Of a stretch of DNA of 64,000 nucleotides, positions 18,480-28,018 are shown one piece after another (the stretch's first letter is position 1; every line of letters starts with the position of its first letter). Source of the stretch: an uncultured delta proteobacterium. Lineage in GTDB: Bacteria; Desulfobacterota; Binatia; UBA9968. The stretch spans positions 32,720 to 96,719 of the forward strand of contig CAWFJP010000008.1 in the NCBI GenBank assembly GCA_963816145.1. The letters run 5' to 3'. Below the pieces are notes generated by a model. It was given only the letters and a program-made list of their open reading frames with translations, ran no database searches and had not been told where the DNA came from. The translations under genes were made by a program, and so were the position numbers.

Positions 18480-19463
18480 ATGAAAACTACCGTCACTTTC
18501 TGGTTAATGATAACGCTGCTTCTTGGCACAATTCATGCCGCCCGCGCGCAACAGCCAACCAAGATTCCTCGCATTGGCTATCTGCACTCGGGTACGGCGG
18601 CTACACCTCCCGGCTCGCTTAATGCCTTTAAGCAAGGATTGCGGGATCTCGGTTATGTCGAGGGCAAGAATATCCACATCGAGTATAGGTGGGGCCAATA
18701 CAAACCTGAACGCATTCCCAAATTGGCGGCCGAGTTAGTGGCGCTCAATGTCGATGTCATCGTCACGTCGCAAACGCCGAGTGTTCAAGCGGTCAAAAAA
18801 GCAACGTCGACGATACCCATCGTCTTCGGCGTCCTCAGCTTTCCGGTCGAAAACGGCATCATCGCCAGCTTCGCGCATCCAGGCGGAAACGCCACGGGTT
18901 TGACCGTACTTTCAGAAGAATTAAACGGCAAACGGCTGGAGTTGTTGAAGGAATCGGCTCCTAAGGTTGCGCGCGTCGGCGTCTTTTCGAATTTAACGAA
19001 TCCCACCCAACCGCTGGAGTGGAAAGAGCTTGAATCCGCGGCCAAAGTATTGGGGCTGAAATTGCAATCCCTGGGAGTGCGAAGCGCCAACGATTTTGAC
19101 ACCGTCTTCAAGGCAGCGTTGACAGAGCGTGCTCAGGCCTTGATCAACTTGCCCGAGGCACTCGTCAACGCAAACTTTAACCGCATCGTCGAGTTCGCGG
19201 CTAAGCATAAGCTCCCCGCGATGTATTCCGACCTGTCGGGAATTGACCGCGGCGGCCTGATGTTCTACGGACCGATCAGCGACGACCTATGGCGCCGCGC
19301 GGCTATCTATGTGGATAAAATCTTGAAAGGCGCCAACCCTGCGGAACTTCCCGTTGAACGGCCGACGAAATTCGAGTTTGTCGTCAGCTTAAAAGCTGCC
19401 AAGCAGATCGGCCTGACGATTCCGCCGGAAGTATTGGTGCGGGCAAATCGGATAATTCGTTGA
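18480..19463 (+). CDS. ABC_sub_bind type substrate-binding protein, copy 3
   Basis: AQQPTKIPRIG; AHPGGNATG; PAELPVERPTKF. Confidence 0.9.
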   Translation: MKTTVTFWLMITLLLGTIHAARAQQPTKIPRIGYLHSGTAATPPGSLNAFKQGLRDLGYVEGKNIHIEYRWGQYKPERIPKLAAELVALNVDVIVTSQTPSVQAVKKATSTIPIVFGVLSFPVENGIIASFAHPGGNATGLTVLSEELNGKRLELLKESAPKVARVGVFSNLTNPTQPLEWKELESAAKVLGLKLQSLGVRSANDFDTVFKAALTERAQALINLPEALVNANFNRIVEFAAKHKLPAMYSDLSGIDRGGLMFYGPISDDLWRRAAIYVDKILKGANPAELPVERPTKFEFVVSLKAAKQIGLTIPPEVLVRANRIIR

Positions 19464-19498
19464 ACGAAAGGTAATGGCCACCACGCAATAAGCAAGGA

Positions 19499-20501
19499 AT
19501 GAAAGCCATGGCTAAGACAACCCTCATTTTGCTGCTGATAACTTTCCTACTGGCAAGTTCCTCCGCACAAGCCGCGCAACAGATCGGGCAGATTACCCGA
19601 ATCGGCTTTTTAACCGGTCAAAACGCGCCTGTGTCAAACACTGTTGATCCCAATGTCGACGCGTTCCGCCAAAGTTTACGACAACTCGGTTACATCGAGG
19701 GGAAGACTCTTATCGTCGAGTACCGAGGCGCGAGTGGGAAGATCGAGCGTATGCCGGAACTCGTCGCCGAGCTGATCGGCCTTGGCGTAAACATCATCGT
19801 GACGGTCGGCATGCCTGCGGTCATCGCTGCCAAGAAAGCGACGAGCACGATCCCCATCGTCACGGCTAACGCGGATAACCTAGTTGATGCAGGGGTTGTC
19901 GCCAGTCTCGCCCACCCAGGTGGAAACGTCACCGGTTCGACGAGAGTCGATGCCGACTTTAGCGCAAAGCGGCTCGAGATACTGAAAGAGAGTTTTCCAA
20001 AACTGTCTCGCGTCGCGGTTCTTTCCCACGGTTCCCTTGGAGGCGACGAAGAAGAGCTGCAAGAGATCCAAACGGCAGGCCACAAGTTGGCGATTCAGGT
20101 GCAATCGTACCCTACCCCCGATCCTAACCAATTTTCCGGCGCGTTCATGGAGATGAAAAAAAAGCATGCCGATGCCCTGATTTTTCTATCCAGTAACTTC
20201 ACCTCGTTCCACCGAAAACCTCTCGTTGAGCTTGCGACGGAGAATCGTCTAGCGACCATGTGTGCCAACAGCGCGTGGATCGAGGCCGGTTGCGTAATGG
20301 CCTATGGCCCCAACGTTTCAGACTTATACCGGCGCGCAGCGGTTTTCGTCGACAAGATTCTGAAAGGCGCCAAGCCCGCCGACCTGCCAGTCGAGCAACC
20401 GACGAAATTTGATTTCATCATTAATCTGAAAGCCGCCAAGCAGATCGGCGCTGACGATCCCGCCGGAAATTTTGGCGCGGGCGAATAGAATAATACGGTA
20501 A
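19499..20501 (+). CDS. ABC_sub_bind type substrate-binding protein, copy 4 (one extra base near 20450)
   Basis: Family motifs; removing one G restores KQIGLTIPPEILARANRIIR* ending at 20501. Confidence 0.85.
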
Positions 20502-20525
20502 GGGGTGAAGCGTAAGGAGTAAGGC

Positions 20526-21512
20526 GTGAAAACACCAGTGCAAAAAAGTTGTCTTTGTCTCGCTCTCTGCGTTTTGTTCTTGGCTCGTTCCATTCATGGT
20601 CACGCACAGCAGCCGAAGATGCCGCGCATCGGAGTAGTGTCAGGGACTGACGGTTCGAGCGCTAGTTCAGGTATCAAACTGTTTCGCCAAGCGCTGCAGG
20701 ATCTCGGCTACTCTGACGGAAACAATATCCTGTTTGAGTATCGTTCCACCGACGGGAATACAGACCGCATTCCACGAATTCTAGCCGAACTCATCAGCCT
20801 TAAGATCGATCTTCTTTTTTCAACTCAAGCGATTGTGATCCGCGCAGCCAAGCAAGCGACGAAGACCATTCCCATCGTCATGGCGATCACACCGGATCCG
20901 GTCGCAACTGGTATAATCCAGAGCTTGGCGCGCCCTGGAGGAAATATCACCGGGCTAACGTTTCTTACGCGTGAGCTAAGCGGCAAACGGCTGGAACTAC
21001 TGATCGAGATGATTCCTCGGCTCTCGCGGGTCGGCATACTTTCGATGGCGGGCTTTACGCCGTTTAAAGATTATGAGCCTACGGCACGTACTCTTAAACT
21101 GCGGATTCAACCCATCGAAGTGCAGTCGCCCAATCCCGACTTTAGCCGGGCTTTCCAAGTTGCTGTTAAAGCGCGCGTCGGCGCGATGATCACGACCAGT
21201 GTTCCCGGTCTCTCAGGCCACCATAAGCAAATTGCCGATCTGGCGCTGCATCACCGGCTGCCGTTGATGTCAGAGAGTGTTTCAGTTGTTGTCGAAGATG
21301 GCGGTCTCGCAACCTATGATGCCAATAAAGACGAAGTTTTCAAACGCGCCGCCATATTCGTCGATAAGATTTTGAAAGGTGCCAAGCCCGCAGACCTCCC
21401 CGTCGAGCAGCCAACCAAATTCGATTTCGCCATTAATCTTAAAACCGCGAAGCAGATCGGTGTGACGATCCCACCGGAAGTCTTGGCACGGGCGAATCGG
21501 ATCATACGATGA
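20526..21512 (+). CDS. ABC_sub_bind type substrate-binding protein, copy 5 (close paralog of copy 1)
   Basis: Shares LFSTQAIVIRAAKQATKT.PIVM.ITPDPVAT and LPLMSES with copy 1. Confidence 0.9.
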   Translation: MKTPVQKSCLCLALCVLFLARSIHGHAQQPKMPRIGVVSGTDGSSASSGIKLFRQALQDLGYSDGNNILFEYRSTDGNTDRIPRILAELISLKIDLLFSTQAIVIRAAKQATKTIPIVMAITPDPVATGIIQSLARPGGNITGLTFLTRELSGKRLELLIEMIPRLSRVGILSMAGFTPFKDYEPTARTLKLRIQPIEVQSPNPDFSRAFQVAVKARVGAMITTSVPGLSGHHKQIADLALHHRLPLMSESVSVVVEDGGLATYDANKDEVFKRAAIFVDKILKGAKPADLPVEQPTKFDFAINLKTAKQIGVTIPPEVLARANRIIR

Positions 21513-21527
21513 GACGCGGGTAACTCA

Positions 21528-22514
21528 ATGAAGAAAACACATCTTGGTATGACACTCAGCGCTTTCCTCTTGGCTCTTTGCGTTCGTGTCGACGCCCAGC
21601 AGCCTAAGAAAATCCCGACCATCGGATTGCTCAGCGCGCTCTCCCCTGCCGTAGTCTCAATCTGGGTGCAGGCAGTTTCAACGCGGGCTGCGCGACCTGG
21701 GCTACGTCGAAGGGAAAAACATCATCATCGAGTATCGCTACGCCGACGGCAATGTCGATCGCCTTAGCCAACTCGCTGCTGAGCTTGTACGCCTGAAAGT
21801 CGACTTGATCGTCACCGGTGGTGCATTAACTACCCGGCGCGTCAAGGAAGCGACTTCCGACGATTCCCATTGTCATGGCGCAAGATGCCAATCCCGTTGG
21901 CTCAGGGCTTGTCACGAGCCTCGCGCGCCCTGGAGGCAACATCACCGGGCTGTCGTTCATGTCGCCGGAGATAACCGGAAAACGGCTGGAGATCCTCAAG
22001 GAAACCGTTCCCGGCCTCAACCGGGTTGCGGTGCTCACCGCGGAGCGCAGTACGACCGATTCCGAGACCGCACGGGAACTCCAAAGTGCAGCGAAAGCGC
22101 TCGCTCTGAAACTACAATTTTTCCAGGGACGCAATCCCAAAGAGATCGACGACGCGTTGTCCAAAGATAGACAAAGAGCGATTCGGCGCCTTCGTGGTCA
22201 TAACGAGCCCAGTCTTGTCCGAAAATCGTGAGCGTATTTTGAACTTCGCTGTAAAGAACCGCTTGCCTGCAACCTATCCCAATGAAAGCTGGGTCGAGTC
22301 GGGTGGCCTGATGACTTACGGGACAAACCTCGCCGACCTATGGCGTCGCGCCGCAATCTTCGTCGACAAAATCCTCAAAGGCACCAAACCCGCCGACCTG
22401 CCGGTGGAGCAGCCGCTGAAATTCGATTTCCTGATTAACCTTAAGGCCGCCAAGCAGATCGGCCTGACGATTCCGCCGAATATGTTAGCGCGGGCAGATA
22501 GGATTATTCGCTAA
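21528..22514 (+). pseudogene. ABC_sub_bind type protein, copy 6, with three +1 frameshifts (possibly sequencing errors)
   Basis: Family segments spread over successive frames, breaks near 21672, 21860 and 22165; ends LARADRIIR*. Confidence 0.8.
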
Positions 22515-22628
22515 GGCGATAAGCGGAAGGCAGCGGTAGAAATATCAAAGTGGAATCACCCGTTAGAATTGTGACGTGATCTTTGAACGATCGCAGATTG
22601 CCGTACGCAAAATGATTGTTTCGATGCA

Positions 22629-23081
22629 TCACAACTGCGCCTGGCTTGCCAGTCGTTGCAGAAAACGCTTAACCGTCACTACTCGCACTCGATATTGCCG
22701 CGCTAGTTTGATGAGATCGAGATCGCCTTTGAGATCGTCGTCTCTAGTCACCAGGTATGTCGCGTTTCCTCGGATAGCTGCTTCAAGGATGGCATCGTCG
22801 TCAGGGTCACGGCAGGCCTTAAGCTCTCCGGAAATTTCGACCAGCATGGCACGCGCGGCGATCAGTCTGATAAACCTCTCCGCATCCCGACGTGGATATC
22901 TGAATCTTCGGAGGAGCCGTGGCCGATTAAGCACTTCCGCGAGTTCGCTGAGCTGGGAGATTGATGTTACGACGCTGAACTGGTCCCGGGTCCACGCGCT
23001 GACAGCTTGTTCGGGTGGCCCGGAAGGTTTTAGGAAAGCTGAAACCCAGACATTTGTCTCAAGCAGAGCGACGAACGGCAC
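22629..23081 (-). CDS. PIN-family putative toxin
   Basis: LLETNVWVSA (E where D is usual), EL.EVL.RP, CRDPDDDAILEAA, YLVTRDDDL. Confidence 0.85.
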   Translation of the reverse strand: MPFVALLETNVWVSAFLKPSGPPEQAVSAWTRDQFSVVTSISQLSELAEVLNRPRLLRRFRYPRRDAERFIRLIAARAMLVEISGELKACRDPDDDAILEAAIRGNATYLVTRDDDLKGDLDLIKLARQYRVRVVTVKRFLQRLASQAQL

Positions 23082-23337
23082 GGCGGTCAGCCTTTACTTC
23101 AGCCCTAGCTTTGGTGATCTCCGCGTCAACGTCGCTTTGACGGACGTTCTTTGTCCGGTTTTTCATCCGGCGCAACAGCTTTTCGAGTTCATCGCGCCAC
23201 TCCTTCTCCGCATACATGCGAAGCGTGACGCGAGACTTCTCTTTCAATCGCAAAGGTTGAAGCGGTCTGAGGACACCGTTTTCAAAAACCGCGCGAATAG
23301 TCCGTTCTGGGGGACGTTGTGGTTTCCGCAGTGCCAT
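23059..23337 (-). CDS. AF2212/DUF104-like antitoxin
   Basis: TIRAVFENGVLRPLQPLRLKE.SRV motif; overlaps the PIN gene start. Confidence 0.85.
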   Translation of the reverse strand: MALRKPQRPPERTIRAVFENGVLRPLQPLRLKEKSRVTLRMYAEKEWRDELEKLLRRMKNRTKNVRQSDVDAEITKARAEVKADRRAVRRSA

Positions 23338-23512
23338 GAAAACGATTATAACGGCGATCGAAGAAATGAGTCAACGGCAATGGCTACATCGCTGGTAGAA
23401 TCGTTATTAGAGTCCAATGGAAAGCATCCTGGCGCGGTTAGATCGGGTGACAATGTCAAAAAACGCAAAGCGACAGGGCAAAGAGCCAAGGACAACAGAC
23501 TGGAGAAATCAA

Positions 23513-24484
23513 ATGAGAACCAACGTCATGCGTCTTACGCTCTGCGCTTTGCTCTCTGCGTTTAGCGTTTCCGCTCAAGCGCAGCAGCCGACGATGGGAT
23601 TTAAGGTTGGGTGGCTGAGGACCGCTTCCTCACCAGCACCAGAGTCGTTCCGGCGAGAGCTACGCGCGCTCGGCTACATCGAGGGAAAGAACATCGCTAT
23701 CGAATATCGATCCGCCGAAGACAAGCCGGCTCGGCTGCCGGCCTTGGCTGAAGAGTTGGTGCGTCTCAGGGTTGATGTGATTGTCACATCTTCGACTTCC
23801 GCTGCGCTTGCCGCCAAAAATGCAACCAGAATAATTCCCGTCGTCTTACTCGGAGTAACTGATCCAATCGCTGCCGGGTTGATTGATAGCCTGGCACGGC
23901 CTGGGGGAAATATTACGGGGTTTACCACTATTGCGGAGGTTTTGGCGGGCAAACGACTGGAGTTACTCAAGGAAACGGCTGCCAACATTTCTCGCGTTGC
24001 GTTTTTGTGGAATCCAACCGATGCGGCATCTGCGCAACAATGGAAAGAAAGCCTACACCCGGCACGAGAACTGGGATTGCAGCTTTATTCCATGCAGGTA
24101 AGCAGTGCTGACAAATACGAAGTAGCGTTCAAAGACGCTATGAAGGCGCACGTCGTCGCGCTCGCGGTGCCTCAGGATGCGTTGGCTGCTTCACGTCGAC
24201 AATTGATCGCGCGACTGGCGGCAAAGCATCGACTACCCGCGGTTTACCCCCGAGTGGATTTCGTCGCCAGCGGTGGCTTGATGTCGTACGGGGCAGACCC
24301 AGACGAATCCTTCAAACGCGTCGCGGCAATGATCGATAAAATTCTCAAAGGCACCAAGCCTGCTGACATTCCGGTCGAGCAACCGACGAAGTTCGAGTTG
24401 GCGGTTAATTTGAAAACCGCCAAGACTCTGGGGATTACAATCCCACCGATGGTGCTCACGCGCGCGACCAAGGTAATCAAGTAG
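23513..24484 (+). CDS. ABC_sub_bind type substrate-binding protein, copy 7
   Basis: GGAG RBS; AQAQQP; SLARPGGNITG; KPADIPVEQPTKF. Confidence 0.88.
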   Translation: MRTNVMRLTLCALLSAFSVSAQAQQPTMGFKVGWLRTASSPAPESFRRELRALGYIEGKNIAIEYRSAEDKPARLPALAEELVRLRVDVIVTSSTSAALAAKNATRIIPVVLLGVTDPIAAGLIDSLARPGGNITGFTTIAEVLAGKRLELLKETAANISRVAFLWNPTDAASAQQWKESLHPARELGLQLYSMQVSSADKYEVAFKDAMKAHVVALAVPQDALAASRRQLIARLAAKHRLPAVYPRVDFVASGGLMSYGADPDESFKRVAAMIDKILKGTKPADIPVEQPTKFELAVNLKTAKTLGITIPPMVLTRATKVIK

Positions 24485-24504
24485 AATGAGGCGCGAGGAC
24501 AACC

Positions 24505-24816
24505 GTGAAGAATCCTATTTTTGTAGTTTTCGGAGCGTTTCCCTTTTAGCTCTGTTCGGTCGTGTCGAAGCACAGCAGCCGGCTAAGATTCTTCGTATCG
24601 GCTACCCAGGAGTGGTTGGAACTGCATCGACGCCTAAGCCTCATGTTGACGCGTTTCTTCACGGGCCGCGAGATTCTCAAAGGCACAAAACCCGCAAATA
24701 TTCCGGTCGAACAACCAACCAGATTTGAGTTAGTGATCAATCTCAAGACAGCGAAACGCATCGGCGTGGCAATGCCGCTGAACTTCCTCGCGCGGGCGGA
24801 TCGGGTTATCCGCTAA
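24505..24816 (+). pseudogene. Internally deleted ABC_sub_bind paralog (copy 8)
   Basis: N-terminal [22 protein letters not shown] joined directly to C-terminal [15 protein letters not shown]...ARADRVIR*. Confidence 0.8.
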
Positions 24817-24956
24817 GGCATAAGGGGTGAAGAGTAAAGCGACTCGGAGAAATGTTGGCTTGGACGGATAAACAAGTCGTCCGACGAAGGAAACGCAGGC
24901 TCGGTCTGAGCGGCGTCCTCTGATCAATGAGCGAAGGTTTTTCGATGTCGTTTGGG

Positions 24957-25415
24957 CTAAATAAACTCGGATGGGACGAGCACTTCGAAGGCGTCGATCT
25001 TCTTCAGACGTTTGTCGTTGGTGATGAACAGGGTCGCTTCGCCTTGGATCGCCGCAGCGATTTGCAAAGCATCCGGCAGCCGAATGCCGTGGCGCGCCCG
25101 CACCAGAGCCGCAGCTTCGGCAAGCTTCTCGTCAATGGCTAACATGGTGAGCGTGGAGAAGGACTTCAAGGTGAATTTGATTTCATCGACCAGGCCGTAC
25201 TTTTTTTCAGCTAGAGGTTTGGCCAAAACTTCCGCCAGCGTGATGGTCGACGTGACCGCGTGCAAGCGATGGTTGCCCAATAGTTCAAACACAGGTTCGA
25301 GAAGATCCGCGTAGGGCGCAACATCCTCGATAAAATAGATCAACGGCGCGGTATCGAGACCGACGATCCGGTGTTTTTCTAAAGTTCGGCGAAATTTAAG
25401 CGCGTTGCCATTCAT
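24957..25415 (-). CDS. vapC: VapC/PIN domain toxin
   Basis: VGLDTAPLIY, TS.IT.AEVL, LPDALQIAAA, FITND motifs. Confidence 0.88.
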   Translation of the reverse strand: MNGNALKFRRTLEKHRIVGLDTAPLIYFIEDVAPYADLLEPVFELLGNHRLHAVTSTITLAEVLAKPLAEKKYGLVDEIKFTLKSFSTLTMLAIDEKLAEAAALVRARHGIRLPDALQIAAAIQGEATLFITNDKRLKKIDAFEVLVPSEFI

Positions 25416-25642
25416 CGCGGAGTTTGTCGAGGTAGGCGTCGATCTTGGCGCGATCGCCCCAGGTGCCGTTACCGATGCCGCGCAACCGGGCCGCGGGGTT
25501 CTTGGGCTTCGGCCGCAGGATTATTTTGTCGCGCTCTACCAGCCGCGGCTAATTGATCGCCGGGTTTTAGTCCCAGGGCCTGGCGCATTTGCTTGGAGAT
25601 GACGATTTGTGATTTCTCGTTTAGTTTTACTACGGTTTCCAT
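25396..25642 (-). CDS. AbrB/MazE/SpoVT family antitoxin (one extra base near 25546)
   Basis: VKLNEKSQIVISKQMRQALGLKPGDQL; corrected frame reads LVERDKIILRPKP...YLDKLRDEWQRA*, overlapping the vapC start. Confidence 0.8.
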
Positions 25643-25769
25643 ATTTGTCACCTGTTTTTGTCATTTGTAGGGTAAATTAACAGAAATGGGTTACTTAAGC
25701 AACTTGCCACCGATAATAATGATGGGGCCGCTCGAATGGACCGAAGAAATTTGCGCAGCCGACCAGCTT

Positions 25770-25840
25770 GTGACCGTTGAAGCAGATCGGGGTAACCGTT
25801 AGCCAAATGTTCTGGCGAGAGCGGATAGAGTTTTACAGTA
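25770..25840 (+). pseudogene. Degenerate 3' remnant of another ABC_sub_bind paralog
   Basis: AAGCAGATCGGGGTAACCG..CCAAATGTTCTGGCGAGAGCGGATAGAGTTTTACAGTAA reads KQIGVT..PNVLARADRVLQ*. Confidence 0.6.
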
Positions 25841-26027
25841 AGGCGTGAGGGTGAATGGTAAGGCAACTCAGAAAGACTTTGGTGGGACGGATATGAGCTG
25901 AAAAGCTTGTCCTCGCTTGCTGTCTCATTCTCGGAACCATTTTTACAATTGCAGCGGGAACTTCGCCGCCGTATAGTCGCGCTGTTCGTGCGGACCGAAC
26001 TGAGCATCCTGTACATGAGGTGCGGCA

Positions 26028-27716
26028 ATGTATGACTTGATCCTCAAAGGCGGACGGATTTACGACGGCTCCGGGTTGCCGTCGTTCAATGGCGATGTCG
26101 CGATTCGCGACAGCAAGATCGCGGCCATCGGCAGAATCAGCGAAGCGGCGGAGCGCGTGCTCGACGTTGGCGGTCTGGCGGTCGCGCCTGGGATCATCGA
26201 CTTTCACACTCACTTCGACGCCCAGCTTTGGTGGGACCCGCTCGCTTCATCGTCGAATGAGCATGGGGTCACCACCGTGGTCACCGGTAACTGCGGCCTG
26301 ACACTGGCGCCGTGCAAGCCGGAGAACCGCGACGCGCTGATCGGCACTTTCGTGCGCGTCGAAGCGATGCCGCGCGCGAGCCTGCAAGCAGGCATTCCCT
26401 GGGGTTGGATCAGCCACGGCGAGTATCTGAACGCTCTCGATCGCCAGCCCCTAGGCTTGAATGTGGCAACGCTCATCGGTCACTGTGCGGTGCGCCAGCA
26501 TGCCATGGGCGAAGCCAGCGTCGAGCGCGAAGCGACCGATGCAGAAATCACCGCGATGGAGGAACTGGTCCGCCAAGGCATGGCGGCGGGCGCGTTCGGA
26601 TTTTCGACCAACTCGAACCAGAGCCACTTCCGCGAGGACGGCAAGCCGGTGCCGAGCCGGTTTTCCAGTCTGAATGAAATCGCCCGGCTGTGCCGCGTAG
26701 TCGGCGAGAGCCAGCACGGCCTCGTGCAATTTACCCACGGCGCCTTCGCCACGCCCGAGCATGTCGCGCATATCAGCCAGTGGTACGACACGATTTTGCA
26801 AGAAACCCGGCGCCCCTTGATCGGCGAAAGCATCCGCCACCGCTGGAGCGAACCGGAACTGTGGCGCAAGCAATTGCACGACGTCGAAGCGCGCGCCCGA
26901 CAGGGCTACGCCGCCTACGCCATGACCAGCACGCGCCGATCGATGCGCCGCTGGTCGCTCAAAGACGGCACTCGTCTCGATATGATCCCAGCTTGGAAGA
27001 AGCTTACCGCGCTGCCGATTGCGGAACGCATGGAAAAACTCCGCGAACCGGCCGTGCGAACCGAACTGGCGCAGGAAACCGTCGAAGGCGATCCCATCGA
27101 TTTCTCGCGGCGCTGGGATTTGATCGGCGTCAAAACAGTTGCTCGAAAAGCGAACCAGAAGTTTGAAGGTATGAGCATCGCAGCGATCGCCACAGCTCAA
27201 AAGAAATCTCCCATCGACGCTATGCTCGATCTCGCCCTGGCGGAGAATTTGGAAACTACTTTCGAAGATTCGACGACTCAGGGCGACGAGCAAGCGGTCA
27301 AAGAAATCTTTGCCAACCCCAACGTCCTGCTCGGCCAGTCCGACGCCGGCGCCCATGTCGCCAGCGGTAATCCCGGCTTCGGTTACGCAACCTTGATGCT
27401 CGCCTACTGGGTCCGCGAACGTAAATTGATGGCCCTGGAAGACGCCATCAAAAAATTGACTTTCTTGCCGGCGTCGATCTTCGGCATTCACGACCGCGGC
27501 TTGTTGCGCCGCGGCCTGGCCGCCGACATCTTCGTCTTCGATCCTGCAAAAATTGACTTAGCGGCGCCGCAGAAAGTGACAGACCTCCCCGAAGCCGCAC
27601 CCCGTTTCACCCAAGGCGCCATAGGCATTCACTACACACTCGTCAATGGGAAAGTGTTGATGGACAACGGCGCGCACACAGGAGCGTTTCCGGGTAAGGT
27701 GTTGCGGAGTTTGTAA
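26028..27716 (+). CDS. N-acyl-D-amino-acid deacylase-like amidohydrolase
   Basis: PGIIDFHTHFD, GVTTVVTGNCG, SDAGAH, DRGLL..G.AADI.VFDP. Confidence 0.88.
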   Translation: MYDLILKGGRIYDGSGLPSFNGDVAIRDSKIAAIGRISEAAERVLDVGGLAVAPGIIDFHTHFDAQLWWDPLASSSNEHGVTTVVTGNCGLTLAPCKPENRDALIGTFVRVEAMPRASLQAGIPWGWISHGEYLNALDRQPLGLNVATLIGHCAVRQHAMGEASVEREATDAEITAMEELVRQGMAAGAFGFSTNSNQSHFREDGKPVPSRFSSLNEIARLCRVVGESQHGLVQFTHGAFATPEHVAHISQWYDTILQETRRPLIGESIRHRWSEPELWRKQLHDVEARARQGYAAYAMTSTRRSMRRWSLKDGTRLDMIPAWKKLTALPIAERMEKLREPAVRTELAQETVEGDPIDFSRRWDLIGVKTVARKANQKFEGMSIAAIATAQKKSPIDAMLDLALAENLETTFEDSTTQGDEQAVKEIFANPNVLLGQSDAGAHVASGNPGFGYATLMLAYWVRERKLMALEDAIKKLTFLPASIFGIHDRGLLRRGLAADIFVFDPAKIDLAAPQKVTDLPEAAPRFTQGAIGIHYTLVNGKVLMDNGAHTGAFPGKVLRSL

Positions 27717-27725
27717 CCGCTACAA

Positions 27726-27900
27726 CTAGTGTCCTGGTCCAGAAGTTCGCAAAACAAATCGGTCGGCCTCATATCGTCATGCCGGAGAAAGCCGGCATCC
27801 AGGTTCGCGATTTTCCTGGATTCCGGGTCGCGCTAGCTATCGCCAGCTTGCCCGGAATGACGGATGAATTATGTAGCGAACTTTTGGGTCGGCACACTAG
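27726..27900. mobile_element. MITE with CTAG termini and ~25-bp imperfect inverted repeats, containing a family D doublet
   Basis: CTAGTGTCCTGGTCCAGAAGTTCGC ... GCGAACTTTTGGGTCGGCACACTAG; internal GTCATGCCGGAGAAAGCCGGCATCCAG / CTGGATTCCGGG..CCCGGAATGAC. Confidence 0.7.
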
Positions 27901-28018
27901 GTCGTTTAACACTCCGGGCGAGCTGCGCAAGCAACAGTCTCAAATGTTGGTTCGGTACCAATGCTACTTTTTAGATAGATGGGCCTCTGGCAGCAGCAGG
28001 AAACTGCCGGGAAGATGC

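Noticed and set aside
22576-23565. 329-aa plus-strand ORF spanning the TA pair
   Set aside because: Antisense to recognisable PIN and AF2212-like genes; no motifs
15950-24816. Diversity-generating retroelement acting on the paralog array
   Set aside because: No reverse transcriptase and no near-identical TR/VR pair with adenine-specific differences seen; 3' ends are conserved rather than hypervariable
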